NCBI GenBank assembly: GCA_045541135.1 | Contig: JAZQIO010000088.1 | Span: forward strand, 12,136-76,135 | Direction: 5' to 3' | Length of the DNA: 64,000 bases | DNA from: Clostridia bacterium | GTDB taxonomy: Bacteria; Bacillota; Clostridia; Monoglobales; Firm-18 | Part shown: positions 48,693 through 59,089 of the stretch, one piece after another | Layout of the letters: every line of letters starts with the position of its first letter | Position numbering within the stretch: the stretch's first letter is position 1 | The notes under the pieces: generated by a model | The model's database searches: none | What the model was told of the DNA's origin: nothing | The model's input: the letters and a program-made list of their open reading frames with translations, nothing else | Made by a program: the position numbers and the translations under genes

Positions 48693-48730
48693 TGTAAAAA
48701 AACACATACCCGAAAAGGAGTATGTGTTTA
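48693..48730 (-). terminator. Intrinsic terminator after the activase-partner gene
   Basis: AACACATAC / GTATGTGTT stem with a 10-nt loop. On the - strand it is followed by TTTTTTAC. Confidence 0.75.
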
Positions 48731-48732
48731 AC

Positions 48733-49974
48733 TTATACATTTGCCGATTCACGACTTGATGCCATCATAAGCTTTATTCTGTTTTCCTGATTAACCTTTG
48801 ATGCACTTGCATCGTAATCTATAGGTACTATATTAACATCGGGATTATTTTCTTTAATAATTTTTATCATACCTTTACCAACAATATGGTTTGGCAAACA
48901 ACCAAAGGGCTGTGTACAAACAATGCTTTTAACACCCATATGTATAAGCTCCAGCATTTCTGCTGTCAAAAGCCAGCCTTCACCCATTTTGACACCAAGG
49001 CTTATATAATCCTTAACTATCTTTACAGTATCGCGGAAATATGACGGCGGCACAAAGTCGCTGTTTTTCCTGATAACCTTAATTAAAAAGCGCTGCTTTG
49101 AAAGGGCATACAGGTAAGCAATACGGTATATCAATGCTTTGGCCTTACCAATGCCGTAAAGCTTTTTATCCATAATGCTGTTGTATATACAGTAAAGACA
49201 AAAATCAAGAAGTCCTCCCATTACAACCTCACCGTCATTTTCAACAAGCAATTTTTCAAGGTCATTGTTTCCAAGAGGCGAAAACTTAACGAATATTTCA
49301 CCAACTACACCTACTTTAAGCTTATTAACGGATTTATCAAGTTTTATGGCTTTAAAGGCTTCGATAAGCCTTACATATTCTTTTTTGATTTGTTTTTTAT
49401 TAAGCTTATCCCGGGTTAGAATGTCTATAATTTCATTTATGTACTGAAGAGAAACTTTCTCTGTTTCTCCCTTTTCGACCTCGTAGGAAATACATTGATT
49501 TTTAAGGCACATTATAAGGTCACCAAACATCAGTGCATACATAAAGCGCACAAGCATCGGTGCAGTAATTTTAAGTGCAGACGCATCAAGTCCGGAAAAA
49601 TTTATTGAAATAACCGGAATGTGTCCGTAGCCTGCATTGTTAAGCGCCTTTCTTAAAAGCGAAATATAGTTTGATGCACGGCAACCGCCACCTGTCTGAG
49701 TAATCATAAGTGCTACCTTATCCTTATCGTATCCGCCGTTTTCGATTGCATCAATAAGCTGTCCTATAACAACTTGGGCGGGATAACAGGTATCGTTATG
49801 TACATATTTAAGACCGTATTCCTTAATTCTGTCGTGGTCGGTTTTTAAAAGCTCGGCATTATATCCATACTTTTTTAAAATACCTATAAGCATTTCAAAG
49901 TGAATGGGAAGCATTGTAGGTACAAGTATTTTATAATCTTTTTTCATTTCCTCGGTAAATACTGCGTAATCCAA
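48733..49974 (-). CDS. Acyl-CoA dehydratase activase-related protein (DUF2229 / HgdD-like fold)
   Basis: 413 aa. TTG start directly abutting the stop of the upstream activase gene. Sequence style matches the C-terminal domains of large 'CoA-substrate-specific enzyme activase' proteins (ILVPTMLPIHFEM..., TQTGGGCRASNY, CTQPFGCLPNH). Confidence 0.6.
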   Translation of the reverse strand: MDYAVFTEEMKKDYKILVPTMLPIHFEMLIGILKKYGYNAELLKTDHDRIKEYGLKYVHNDTCYPAQVVIGQLIDAIENGGYDKDKVALMITQTGGGCRASNYISLLRKALNNAGYGHIPVISINFSGLDASALKITAPMLVRFMYALMFGDLIMCLKNQCISYEVEKGETEKVSLQYINEIIDILTRDKLNKKQIKKEYVRLIEAFKAIKLDKSVNKLKVGVVGEIFVKFSPLGNNDLEKLLVENDGEVVMGGLLDFCLYCIYNSIMDKKLYGIGKAKALIYRIAYLYALSKQRFLIKVIRKNSDFVPPSYFRDTVKIVKDYISLGVKMGEGWLLTAEMLELIHMGVKSIVCTQPFGCLPNHIVGKGMIKIIKENNPDVNIVPIDYDASASKVNQENRIKLMMASSRESANV

Positions 49975-52953
49975 TTATAAACCTCCCCTTTCTTCAAGTG
50001 CGGCGGCAAGACTGCGAAGTCTTATTTTAACTGCACCGAGATTATTTATTTCATCAATTTTCAGCTGTGTATATATTTTTCCGCCATCCTCTAATATTGC
50101 CTTTACTTCGTCTGTTGTAATGGCATCTATACCGCAACCAAAGGATACAAGCTGTACAAGCTCGGTATTTTTATGGGTTGTTGCGTAGTTTGCGGCGTTG
50201 TAAAGACGTGAATGATATGTCCACTGATTAAGAACATCCACGTTTATTTTTTTATCAGTCATAGGTATGCAATCTTCACTTACAACTACAAAGCCCAGCG
50301 AAAGCACAAGCTTGTCTATAAGATGACATATTTCAGGGTCAACATGATAAGGACGACCTGCAAGAATAATAACACGTTTGTTATTTTCTGCAGCAAATTC
50401 CATTGCCTTTTTACCTTCTTCCATTACGTCATTTCTCCACTTTTTGTATTCCGCACAGCCTTCATTTACTGCGGCAAAAACCTTTGTAAAACGAATATGA
50501 GAAAAGTTTTTGTTTATTATCTTATAAAGTCCTTTTGCAAACTCATAGTTGTTGTTAATATTAAGGTAAGGTGCAATAAACTTAGTCTTCGAAAGTCTTT
50601 TTACATTAGACTTCAAAAGCTCGGAATAATATGCAACAACAGGGCAGTTATAGTGATTATCTCCCGAATGTTCGTCAAAATTATATGTAAGACAGGGATA
50701 GAATATTGCATCCACACCCATATCCAGAAGTTCCTCTATATGACCGTGCATCAGCTTTGCAGGATAGCAAACAGTGTCCGACGGTATTGTATGCTGACCT
50801 TTGATATATGTTTTATGAGTTGAAAACTTACTGAATTTTACCTTAAAGCCAAGGTTTGTGAATATGGTATACCACAAAGGCGCCATTTCATACATGGAAA
50901 GAGCAAGGGGAATACCTATGGTTTCCTTATGTCCCTTTGGCTTTAAATCCAAAAGCTTATTGCGTTTATACTCGTAAATATTCGGATAATTATTCTTTAC
51001 CTCAGTTGCTCCCGCACCCTTTTCGCACTTGTTGCCGGAAATAAGACGTTTTCCGTCATTGAATATATTGATTGTAAGATTACAGCGATTTTCACAACCC
51101 TTACAGTTTACAGCCTTAACGGTCTGCGAAAAGCTTTTAACCTCTTCATACGAAAGAATTGTTGATTTTTCCTTTTTAACAGATTTCGCATAAAGAGCCG
51201 CACCGTAGGCACCCATAAGACCTGCTATTGCCGGACGAACAACATTTCTGCCTATTTCAGTTTCAAAGCTGCGTAAAATTGCATCATTTAAAAAAGTTCC
51301 GCCCTGCACAACTATATTTTGACCAAGTTCATCGGGATTATTGGCACGTATAACCTTATAAATAGCATTTTTAACTACGCTAATTGAAAGCCCTGCGGAA
51401 ATATCGGATACATCAGCCCCGTCTTTTTGTGCCTGTTTTACTGATGAATTCATAAAAACAGTACATCTTGAGCCTAAATCAACAGGATTTTTGGCAGTAA
51501 GTGCAAGCTTTGCAAATTCTTCAACAGGATATCCTGCTATATTTGCAAAGGTTTCTATAAACGAGCCGCAGCCTGATGAGCAGGCTTCATTAAGCATAAT
51601 ATTGTCTATTGCATTGTTATGTATTTTAAAGCACTTTATATCCTGACCGCCGATATCAAGAATAAAATCAACATCAGGCTTGAAATGACGTGCCGCATAA
51701 AAATGTGCCATTGTTTCAACTATACCGTTATCTACACCAAAGGCATGTTTGACAAGTTCTTCTCCGTAACCCGTTACGGTACCTGAAGCAATCTTTATTC
51801 TGTCTTTGCACATTTCGTATATCTTTATAAGCTCTGTTTTTATAACCTCTGTAGGATTACCCTTATTTGAGCCGTAATAGCTGTATAAAATTTTATCCTC
51901 ACTGTCTAAAAGTACAAGCTTTGTTGTTGTACTTCCGCAGTCTATGCCAAGGTATGCTTCTCCGGAATATGTATTAATATCCGAATTTTCAACAGTAGCC
52001 TTTTTGTGACGCTTTACAAATTCATCATATTCCTGTTCGTTTTTAAAAAGCGGTGGCAATTTTGTAACGTTATCGCTTGAATAGCTTGCATTGTTAAGTT
52101 TATCTGTAATTTCATCAACAGTGTATTCTTCTGTATTTTTGTGAGCAAGCAAAGCACATCCCAAAGCAACGGAAACAAGAGCGTATTCCGGAAAAATAGC
52201 CTGAGAGGGTGACAAATCAAGTGTTTTTACAAAACGTTCCCTAAGACCCTTGCAGTAGTACAAAGGACCGCCCAAAAACATAACATTACCCGAAATTTCA
52301 TAACCCTGAACAAGACCTGAAATTGTCTGATTTACCACAGCCTGATAAATACTTGCGGCAATATCTTCCTTCTTTGCACCCTGATTTATAAGTGGTTGAA
52401 CATCGGATTTTGCGAAAACACCGCAACGGGAAGCAATAGAATATATTTTTTCGTGCTTTAAGCTAAGCTCATCCAAGGTATCGTTATCAACATTCAAAAG
52501 TGTAGACATCTGGTCAATAAATGCACCTGTACCCCCTGCACACGTACCGTTCATACGTTCATCCGTAATGCCTTTAAAAAAGATAACCTTTGCGTCTTCA
52601 CCGCCAAGCTCTATAACAACATCTGTTTCAGGAGCAAGAGTCTTTACCATTTCACCTGTGGCAAAAACCTCCTGAACAAAGTTTATACCCGTAGCGTTTG
52701 CAAGTCCTAAACCTGCTGAGCCGGAAATGCACACCTTTATTTTTTCATTTCCCGTTAAATCCTTTATACGATTAACAAGCTCAACTGTCTTTTTACGTAC
52801 CTCAGACATATGACGTTCATAGCAGCTGTATAAAAGCTTGCCATCTTTGATAAGTACAACCTTAACAGTTGTAGAGCCGACGTCAATACCGAGTGTTATT
52901 CCTTTTATGTCGTTAAAAGTAAAATTTTCATGCATAATATCACCATAAATCAT
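49975..52953 (-). CDS. CoA-substrate-specific enzyme activase: tandem BcrAD/BadFG-type ATPase domains fused to a DUF2229-like domain
   Basis: 992 aa. Two ASKHA phosphate-1 motifs (LGIDVGSTTVKVV and LGIDCGSTTTKLV). Cys motif CKGCENRCNL...GNKCEKG. C-terminal third is similar in style to the downstream 413-aa protein. The ATG at 52935 is an alternative start. Confidence 0.75.
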   Translation of the reverse strand: MIYGDIMHENFTFNDIKGITLGIDVGSTTVKVVLIKDGKLLYSCYERHMSEVRKKTVELVNRIKDLTGNEKIKVCISGSAGLGLANATGINFVQEVFATGEMVKTLAPETDVVIELGGEDAKVIFFKGITDERMNGTCAGGTGAFIDQMSTLLNVDNDTLDELSLKHEKIYSIASRCGVFAKSDVQPLINQGAKKEDIAASIYQAVVNQTISGLVQGYEISGNVMFLGGPLYYCKGLRERFVKTLDLSPSQAIFPEYALVSVALGCALLAHKNTEEYTVDEITDKLNNASYSSDNVTKLPPLFKNEQEYDEFVKRHKKATVENSDINTYSGEAYLGIDCGSTTTKLVLLDSEDKILYSYYGSNKGNPTEVIKTELIKIYEMCKDRIKIASGTVTGYGEELVKHAFGVDNGIVETMAHFYAARHFKPDVDFILDIGGQDIKCFKIHNNAIDNIMLNEACSSGCGSFIETFANIAGYPVEEFAKLALTAKNPVDLGSRCTVFMNSSVKQAQKDGADVSDISAGLSISVVKNAIYKVIRANNPDELGQNIVVQGGTFLNDAILRSFETEIGRNVVRPAIAGLMGAYGAALYAKSVKKEKSTILSYEEVKSFSQTVKAVNCKGCENRCNLTINIFNDGKRLISGNKCEKGAGATEVKNNYPNIYEYKRNKLLDLKPKGHKETIGIPLALSMYEMAPLWYTIFTNLGFKVKFSKFSTHKTYIKGQHTIPSDTVCYPAKLMHGHIEELLDMGVDAIFYPCLTYNFDEHSGDNHYNCPVVAYYSELLKSNVKRLSKTKFIAPYLNINNNYEFAKGLYKIINKNFSHIRFTKVFAAVNEGCAEYKKWRNDVMEEGKKAMEFAAENNKRVIILAGRPYHVDPEICHLIDKLVLSLGFVVVSEDCIPMTDKKINVDVLNQWTYHSRLYNAANYATTHKNTELVQLVSFGCGIDAITTDEVKAILEDGGKIYTQLKIDEINNLGAVKIRLRSLAAALEERGGL

Positions 52954-53032
52954 TTTTTGCGAATTTCTACCTATTTAATATTATACTACAAAAAAAATCA
53001 AAATCAATATTTTAATAAAAATTTAACATTTT

Positions 53033-53848
53033 TCACAAAATTCTGTCCATGCTTCCGCTGACAAAACCCTCCAAATCTAAAGTAACGTATAAAAAGCCAA
53101 GCTCTTTTACAAAGAGAATAATATCGTCTTTTTTATTTACAAGTAACGGTATATCTGATGAATCAACTTCTATTCTCGCAATTTTACCGTGAACACGAAG
53201 ACGTACATTGTAAAAGCCTAAAGAACGTATGTACTCCTCGGCTTTTTCAACCTTTTTTATTTCCTCATAATCAAGCTTCATACCATATTCAAACCTTGTT
53301 GCAAGGCAAGGTGTTGACGGCTTATTGCTTGCCGACACACTGTGTGCTTTCGCCATTTTACGTACCTCTTCCTTTGTCATACCCACATCTGCAAGTGGGC
53401 TTAATATTCCAAGTTCAGCTATAGCCCTGATTCCCGGGCGGTACATACCAAGGTCGTCGTGATTTGTTCCCTCTATAATCACTTTTACACCTACCGTTTT
53501 TGCATAATCCTTTAACCTTGAAAACATATGTTTTTTACAAAGATAACATCTTTCCTTTGGATTTTCTTCAATCCCGGCTTCACGCAGTTCGTCAATTTCT
53601 ATGATTTTATGAATTACACCATATTTTTTTGCAATTTCTACCGTAAAGTTCTTTTCCTTTACAGAATGTAACTTTGTGTGGAATGTAACTGCATAAACAT
53701 TAGTTTTGTTTAATTTTGCACTTTCGGAGGCAAGTTTTAAAAGCAAACTGCTGTCTACGCCTCCCGAAAATGCTATTACAACATCATTTTTTGTGTAATT
53801 TTTCATTAAATTGGTCAATTTATGACATTTTTCATTAAAATTCATCAT
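53033..53848 (-). CDS. larE: ATP-dependent sacrificial sulfur transferase LarE
   Basis: 271 aa. PP-loop AFSGGVDSS. Conserved Cys-containing segment STPCLATRF. 4-nt ATGA overlap with larC. Confidence 0.85.
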   Translation of the reverse strand: MMNFNEKCHKLTNLMKNYTKNDVVIAFSGGVDSSLLLKLASESAKLNKTNVYAVTFHTKLHSVKEKNFTVEIAKKYGVIHKIIEIDELREAGIEENPKERCYLCKKHMFSRLKDYAKTVGVKVIIEGTNHDDLGMYRPGIRAIAELGILSPLADVGMTKEEVRKMAKAHSVSASNKPSTPCLATRFEYGMKLDYEEIKKVEKAEEYIRSLGFYNVRLRVHGKIARIEVDSSDIPLLVNKKDDIILFVKELGFLYVTLDLEGFVSGSMDRIL

Positions 53849-55086
53849 TGTTGCTCCATTTTTTTACAAGCATTTACCGCTTCACTATAAGCGTCCTGAA
53901 AGGAAATGCCGAATTTATCACATATTCCGGATATACTTTCGTATTCGGGATAATATTTTATAGCGTTATTAAAACAACATTTTTTTACATTCACTGTACC
54001 ATATTTGGTTGAAACCTCAATTATATCACGTTTTAAAACTGTTCTTTCAACCTTGTATCTGCGTATTCCAATTGTTGTTGTATGTTTAAATATTATTTCC
54101 TCTACCTTTGAAATATCCTTACCATCACACAAAACATTAAGCTCGTATGCAGGTCTGTTTTTCTTCATAAATACCGGTGTAAAGTAAATATCCTTTGCAC
54201 CTGCCTCGAATACTTTTTTTACAATATAGCCCATTGCTTCTCCCGAACAATCATCTATATTTGTTTCAAGCTTGTAAATTTCCTCATTTTCGGCGTCTTC
54301 TATTATCATAGCACGAAGAAGACTTGGTTTTTCATAATTTCGTTTTCCTGCACCTATACCAACATTTACTATATTAAAGCTTTCAGGTAATTTTTGTGAT
54401 GTGCAAAGGGCGGCAACAATTGCAGCACCTGTAGGAGTTACAAATTCGCCTTTATATTCCGTTATATTAAGTTTTATGGAATATTTGCTTACAATATTCA
54501 AAACCGCAGGTACGGGAACAGGAAGCATTCCGTGCTGACAACGTACAAAGCCTGTACCTTCATACAAAACGGGAACTATAACATCTGTTATACCAAGATT
54601 GTCTGCGCATACGGCAACGGAAACAATATCTATGATAGAGTCTACCGCACCAACCTCATGGAATGCAACCTCTGTCTTGGGGACATTGTGGGCTTTTGAT
54701 TCCGACTCTGCAAGTACATCAAATATTTTCAGGGAAATATTCTTGGCATTTTCACTTATGCCCGAATTTTTTATTATATCTGTAATATCCGAATATTTTC
54801 TGTGTTTATGATGATGATGGTGGTGATGCTCTTCTGCCTTATTTCCGTGAAGATAATCCATATCGTGGTCGTGATTTTCGTGACATTCGTCTAAAACAAC
54901 ATTAAAATCATAAGCCTTTATGCCGTTTTTTAAAACATCCGTTATTTTAATTTCGTATCCCGAAAGCTTTAAGCTTTCTATTGCTTTTAAAAGCACATTT
55001 TTATCTGCCCCAAGGTCTAAAAGTGCCGCAACGGTCATATCACCGCTGATACCCGAAAAACATTCCAAATACAGTTTTTTAGCCAT
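53845..55086 (-). CDS. larC: Nickel-pincer cofactor biosynthesis (nickel insertion) protein LarC, single fused ORF
   Basis: Start set at MAKKLYLECFSGISGDM (DUF111 signature) after GAAAGGG. His-rich tract EEHHHHHHHKHR. No internal frameshift is needed. Confidence 0.85.
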   Translation of the reverse strand: MAKKLYLECFSGISGDMTVAALLDLGADKNVLLKAIESLKLSGYEIKITDVLKNGIKAYDFNVVLDECHENHDHDMDYLHGNKAEEHHHHHHHKHRKYSDITDIIKNSGISENAKNISLKIFDVLAESESKAHNVPKTEVAFHEVGAVDSIIDIVSVAVCADNLGITDVIVPVLYEGTGFVRCQHGMLPVPVPAVLNIVSKYSIKLNITEYKGEFVTPTGAAIVAALCTSQKLPESFNIVNVGIGAGKRNYEKPSLLRAMIIEDAENEEIYKLETNIDDCSGEAMGYIVKKVFEAGAKDIYFTPVFMKKNRPAYELNVLCDGKDISKVEEIIFKHTTTIGIRRYKVERTVLKRDIIEVSTKYGTVNVKKCCFNNAIKYYPEYESISGICDKFGISFQDAYSEAVNACKKMEQQ

Positions 55087-55102
55087 ATTAATTACCCTTT
55101 CT

Positions 55103-55846
55103 CTATTTACAAGCAAGATGATTTATTTGTGATGCAATGTAACCTGCACCGTAGCCGTTGTCTATATTTACAACGGAAATTCCGTTGGCGCATGAGTTTA
55201 TCATTGTAAGAAGTGCAGAAAGTCCTTCAAAACTTGCACCGTAACCAACGGATGTTGGTACTGCAATAATCGGCTTACTTACAAGCCCGCCTATTACGCT
55301 GGCAAGAGCTCCCTCCATACCTGCAACCACTACTATGCAATTTGCCTTTTGTATTACATCTATTTTAGAAAGAAGTCTGTGCAAACCGCTTACACCTACA
55401 TCATATACGCGTTCTACATCTGAGCCGAGATACTGAGCAGTTTGTGCAGCTTCCTCCGCTACCGGAATATCTGCTGTACCTGCCGTACAGACTGCAATGT
55501 TGCCTACAAGCTTTTTGTTTTCTTTTTCTTTTTTTAATATTTTCGAAATACTATCGTATGTAATATCGGGAATTACAGCTTTTACAATATTGTACTGATG
55601 TTCCGTCGCCCGTGTACCGAAAACCTCACCATCTGCTTCATACAGCTTTTTATATATATTGACAAGATATTCGTCGGATTTACCCTGACAGAACACAACC
55701 TCATTTACCCCCGTACGTATTTTACGGTGAGTGTCAAGCTTGGCATAACCAAGCTCTTCAAAAGGTCTTTTGCGAAAGTAGCCTTCTGCCTCTTCAACAG
55801 TAATTTCATTATTCCTTAACTTTTCCAAAATTTCGTATATTTCCAC
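55103..55846 (-). CDS. larB: Nickel-pincer cofactor biosynthesis protein LarB (NaAD carboxylase/hydrolase, PurE-like)
   Basis: GTG start at 55846, 4 nt after AGAGGTGA. PurE-like C-terminal domain (AVCTAGTADIPVAEEA ... VVAGMEGALASV). Confidence 0.8.
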   Translation of the reverse strand: MEIYEILEKLRNNEITVEEAEGYFRKRPFEELGYAKLDTHRKIRTGVNEVVFCQGKSDEYLVNIYKKLYEADGEVFGTRATEHQYNIVKAVIPDITYDSISKILKKEKENKKLVGNIAVCTAGTADIPVAEEAAQTAQYLGSDVERVYDVGVSGLHRLLSKIDVIQKANCIVVVAGMEGALASVIGGLVSKPIIAVPTSVGYGASFEGLSALLTMINSCANGISVVNIDNGYGAGYIASQINHLACK

Positions 55847-55903
55847 AATATCACCTCTGAAAACAACATATAATAATTTTATCACACTATAATAAATTTT
55901 TCA

Positions 55904-55931
55904 ACAAAAAAGAACTCCGAAGAGTTCTTTT
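55904..55931 (-). terminator. Intrinsic terminator after the lipoprotein gene
   Basis: The - strand reads AAGAACTC-ttcg-GAGTTCTT followed by TTTTGTTG. Confidence 0.7.
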
Positions 55932-55939
55932 AATTATAT

Positions 55940-56557
55940 TTATTCTATAGAGAAAAAGCCTATACTGTCCGTTTCATTATACAAAGCATAGCAGGACAGT
56001 GTATTTATATTATCCTCTTTATAATTATAACGATGTGGCCACCACATCAAAATATCATCGGAAAGGACTTCTACCGGTGTTGCATCCGTATACAAAATGT
56101 ATTCTGTACCCTTAATTACTCCGTAAGGTTCTGAATATACATATTTGATGCTGTCATCAATCCATTGGGTGTCCTTATCCTTTTGGGCAATTACTTCCGT
56201 AAAATTTAAGCTATAGGAATAATCGTCAATTTGTTTCGTAATTTCATATTTCCCGGAAAATTCACATATGTAAACCGTGTATTCAAAACCCGGACCGGAG
56301 CTGCCAAGTTCGGAGTCGTAATAATCACCTACAAAAGTTCCGTCGTCTTTAAGGGTTATTTGTGTTCTCCAACCACCTGCACCGCTTGAAAAAACCATAT
56401 TCATAGGAAATATATCAAGTTTTAGTGTGGTTTCTGTATTTTCTTCCGTTACCGGTTCCTGAGGGATAACTACAGGTTCTTTTTTACCGCAGCCTGCCAA
56501 AAAGCTTACACAAATAACAAAACAAAGCAGTAATAGAAACAATCTATTCTTTTTCAT
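55940..56557 (-). CDS. Lipoprotein of unknown function
   Basis: 205 aa. Signal peptide with lipobox FLAGC. Confidence 0.7.
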   Translation of the reverse strand: MKKNRLFLLLLCFVICVSFLAGCGKKEPVVIPQEPVTEENTETTLKLDIFPMNMVFSSGAGGWRTQITLKDDGTFVGDYYDSELGSSGPGFEYTVYICEFSGKYEITKQIDDYSYSLNFTEVIAQKDKDTQWIDDSIKYVYSEPYGVIKGTEYILYTDATPVEVLSDDILMWWPHRYNYKEDNINTLSCYALYNETDSIGFFSIE

Positions 56558-57587
56558 ACTTAATCCCCCTTGTATAATTTTTGAACATTACACACAAAGT
56601 AACACTTATGGAATAAACAAGCACAAAGTTTATAAGATACATTCTGAGCTGTCCAAATGAAAATACATTTGATGTAAAGCCATTAACTGCGTATATTACA
56701 AACACGTGGAAAAGGAATATTGAAAAAGTTGCGTTGTTGATTTTTTCAAACAGTTCTGTTTTAAATAATTTTGACCTGTAAATTGTAAAAAGTCCATACA
56801 TAAAAAGTATCATTGTATAAAGATACAAAAGGCGTACATAGTCAAGTACGGGATATGAAGCATTGTAATAGCTTGTGTTATACGCCATATATACGTCTGC
56901 AACAAGTAAAACCAAAGCCGCTATACCAAATTTCCAGAAATGAGTTTTTATAAATTCAATAAACACATCGTAATACTTACCGCATACACAGCCTAAAATC
57001 CATACAAAAATGTACGATGTAAAAAGACCGTGATTATAGTAAAAGTTTATATGCAACAACGACAAAATATCAGTAAGGTGGCAATAGCACACAATGTTCA
57101 AAACCGCTGCAACCGCAAGTAAACCAAACACATTTTTTGTGTTCAGCAATTTTCTCCACAGTGGGAAAAGCAAATAAAACTGCATTATAACAAATATAAA
57201 GTAAAAATGACTTTCACCGCTACCGAAGAGAATAAATTCCAAAAGCTGAGGTATGTTAAATTCATAAAATCCTCTTGTAACCTCAAAAAGATAGTATATA
57301 ACAACAAATATTAGATACGGTATATAAATTCTGCTGAATCTTCCCTTAATGTATTTGCGGTAGTCTATTTTTGAAGTATCCTTCAAAAACAGTTTAACAG
57401 ATGACAAAAACACAAAACCGTGTACCGCGACTCCGCACATACGGTGAATAAAGAAAAGTATTCTGCTTACGTGTTCAGTTGTATTATGTCCTGTTATAGG
57501 TGCCGCAGTTACATGAATAAAAATAACCATAAGACAAAACAGCACATTTAAAACGGAAATTTCATTTTTCTTCATAATTTTTACCAC
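56544..57587 (-). CDS. Acyltransferase family 3 (OatA-like) integral membrane protein
   Basis: 347 aa, ~10 TM. N-terminal LNVLFCLMVIFIHV is typical of Acyl_transf_3. Confidence 0.7.
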   Translation of the reverse strand: MVKIMKKNEISVLNVLFCLMVIFIHVTAAPITGHNTTEHVSRILFFIHRMCGVAVHGFVFLSSVKLFLKDTSKIDYRKYIKGRFSRIYIPYLIFVVIYYLFEVTRGFYEFNIPQLLEFILFGSGESHFYFIFVIMQFYLLFPLWRKLLNTKNVFGLLAVAAVLNIVCYCHLTDILSLLHINFYYNHGLFTSYIFVWILGCVCGKYYDVFIEFIKTHFWKFGIAALVLLVADVYMAYNTSYYNASYPVLDYVRLLYLYTMILFMYGLFTIYRSKLFKTELFEKINNATFSIFLFHVFVIYAVNGFTSNVFSFGQLRMYLINFVLVYSISVTLCVMFKNYTRGIKYEKE

Positions 57588-57661
57588 ATTCTTATAGATT
57601 ATATTTATATTCTAACATAAAAATATATTTTTTTCAACAATATTATATCAAAGGAAAATTC

Positions 57662-59035
57662 TCATGAACCGATTTTTTTACGATTTTTAAGTAAACCTAT
57701 AAGCATAATTAATCCCGATACCAAAACACCTGCAAAAAGCGGGTCAAAGGGAAGAACCTTCCACAAATTAAACAGCAGTACGGTTAACGGTCCGAAAATT
57801 ATTGAAAGACCTGCATAGGGATTTGAAACCCGTCCGGACAAAAATATTGCAAAGCACAGCGGAACAAAAACTGTTGCTCCCCGAAGTCCCATTGACATAA
57901 ATGAAAAGTTTAATATGGTATCTCCTATTGGTCCCATTGACATAACGCATGCCAAAAGCAAAATGAAAATTGTAAGCTTATTTTCTGTCACTTTACAGTG
58001 ATTTACACTGCTTTTAACCATAGGCAAAACATCTTTTCTTATAACAGATGCAATACCAAGTGCTAATCCTGCGCCCGTACCGACAACAGCGATAAACAAA
58101 GCTCCAAGCACTATGCCTCCCAATAGCGGTGGCATATATTCCGTTACAAAATAAGTAAGTGCAATTTTTGAAGTAATTTCCGGATGTACACTGCGCATAA
58201 AAAGTCCAACCAAAATTCCACCTATTCCTATAGGCGGAACAAGCACGGCACTTAAAAGTGCACCCTTAACTGCCTGTTTTTCTGAATTTGCCATAAAAAT
58301 TGCCTGTGCATAGCTTTGGGTGGTAATGACACCCAGAATAAGCGAAAGACAAGCACCTAAATCCTTGCCCATGCCACGTGCAAACAAGTTGTAAAATTGA
58401 ATATTTTGTGGATTATCTATTTTATCAACACTTTCGAAAAAGCCCGACAAACCGCCGCAAAGATATAACACCAGAATACCCACAGACAGCATACTTACAT
58501 AAAGTAAAAGCATTTTTAAAATTCCTACCAAGCCACTGCCCTTTACTCCGCCAAAAGCAATATAAAGAATCATAATAATTGCAGAAAAAGTCAACGAAAG
58601 GTACAACGGCAAATTAGGAAAGACCACTGCAATAATGGCAGTTGACGCTATAAGCTGTGAAATTATACTTATAAAGCTTCCAAGTGACGAAAGTGCAGAT
58701 GCCATTACACCTGTTTTACTTCCGTACTCACCTGTAATAAAGCCCATTAAGGTTGTATTGCCGCTTCTGTAAAATGGTTTTGCATATACCAAAGCCAAAA
58801 TAAGGCAGGCAATACCTCCACCGAGAGTAAACCACCATGCACTCATACCGTATTGATAGGCAAGCTGTGCTGTGCCTATGGTTGAAGAACCGCCTACAAG
58901 AGTACCCATAATTGCACCTGCAACCACAAATGAATTTGCACCCTTTTTACTTTTAGCCATTTTACCGGAAAGAACACTTACAACAACAAGAGTAATAATT
59001 GTAATTACAATTCCAATAATCATTTCTGTTTTCAT
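57662..59035 (-). CDS. Sodium:solute symporter (SSS) family transporter
   Basis: 457 aa, ~13 TM. Gly-rich helices and overall SSS-like pattern. Confidence 0.65.
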   Translation of the reverse strand: MKTEMIIGIVITIITLVVVSVLSGKMAKSKKGANSFVVAGAIMGTLVGGSSTIGTAQLAYQYGMSAWWFTLGGGIACLILALVYAKPFYRSGNTTLMGFITGEYGSKTGVMASALSSLGSFISIISQLIASTAIIAVVFPNLPLYLSLTFSAIIMILYIAFGGVKGSGLVGILKMLLLYVSMLSVGILVLYLCGGLSGFFESVDKIDNPQNIQFYNLFARGMGKDLGACLSLILGVITTQSYAQAIFMANSEKQAVKGALLSAVLVPPIGIGGILVGLFMRSVHPEITSKIALTYFVTEYMPPLLGGIVLGALFIAVVGTGAGLALGIASVIRKDVLPMVKSSVNHCKVTENKLTIFILLLACVMSMGPIGDTILNFSFMSMGLRGATVFVPLCFAIFLSGRVSNPYAGLSIIFGPLTVLLFNLWKVLPFDPLFAGVLVSGLIMLIGLLKNRKKIGS

Positions 59036-59089
59036 TATGATACTCCTTTCCGTAAAATCAACAAATACATTCTAACACAAAAAAGAAAA

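Noticed and set aside
54790-54830. His-codon run (CAT/CAC x7) in larC as a slippery or low-complexity artefact or frameshift site
   Set aside because: The reading frame is continuous across it. A His-rich metal-binding tract is an expected feature of LarC.
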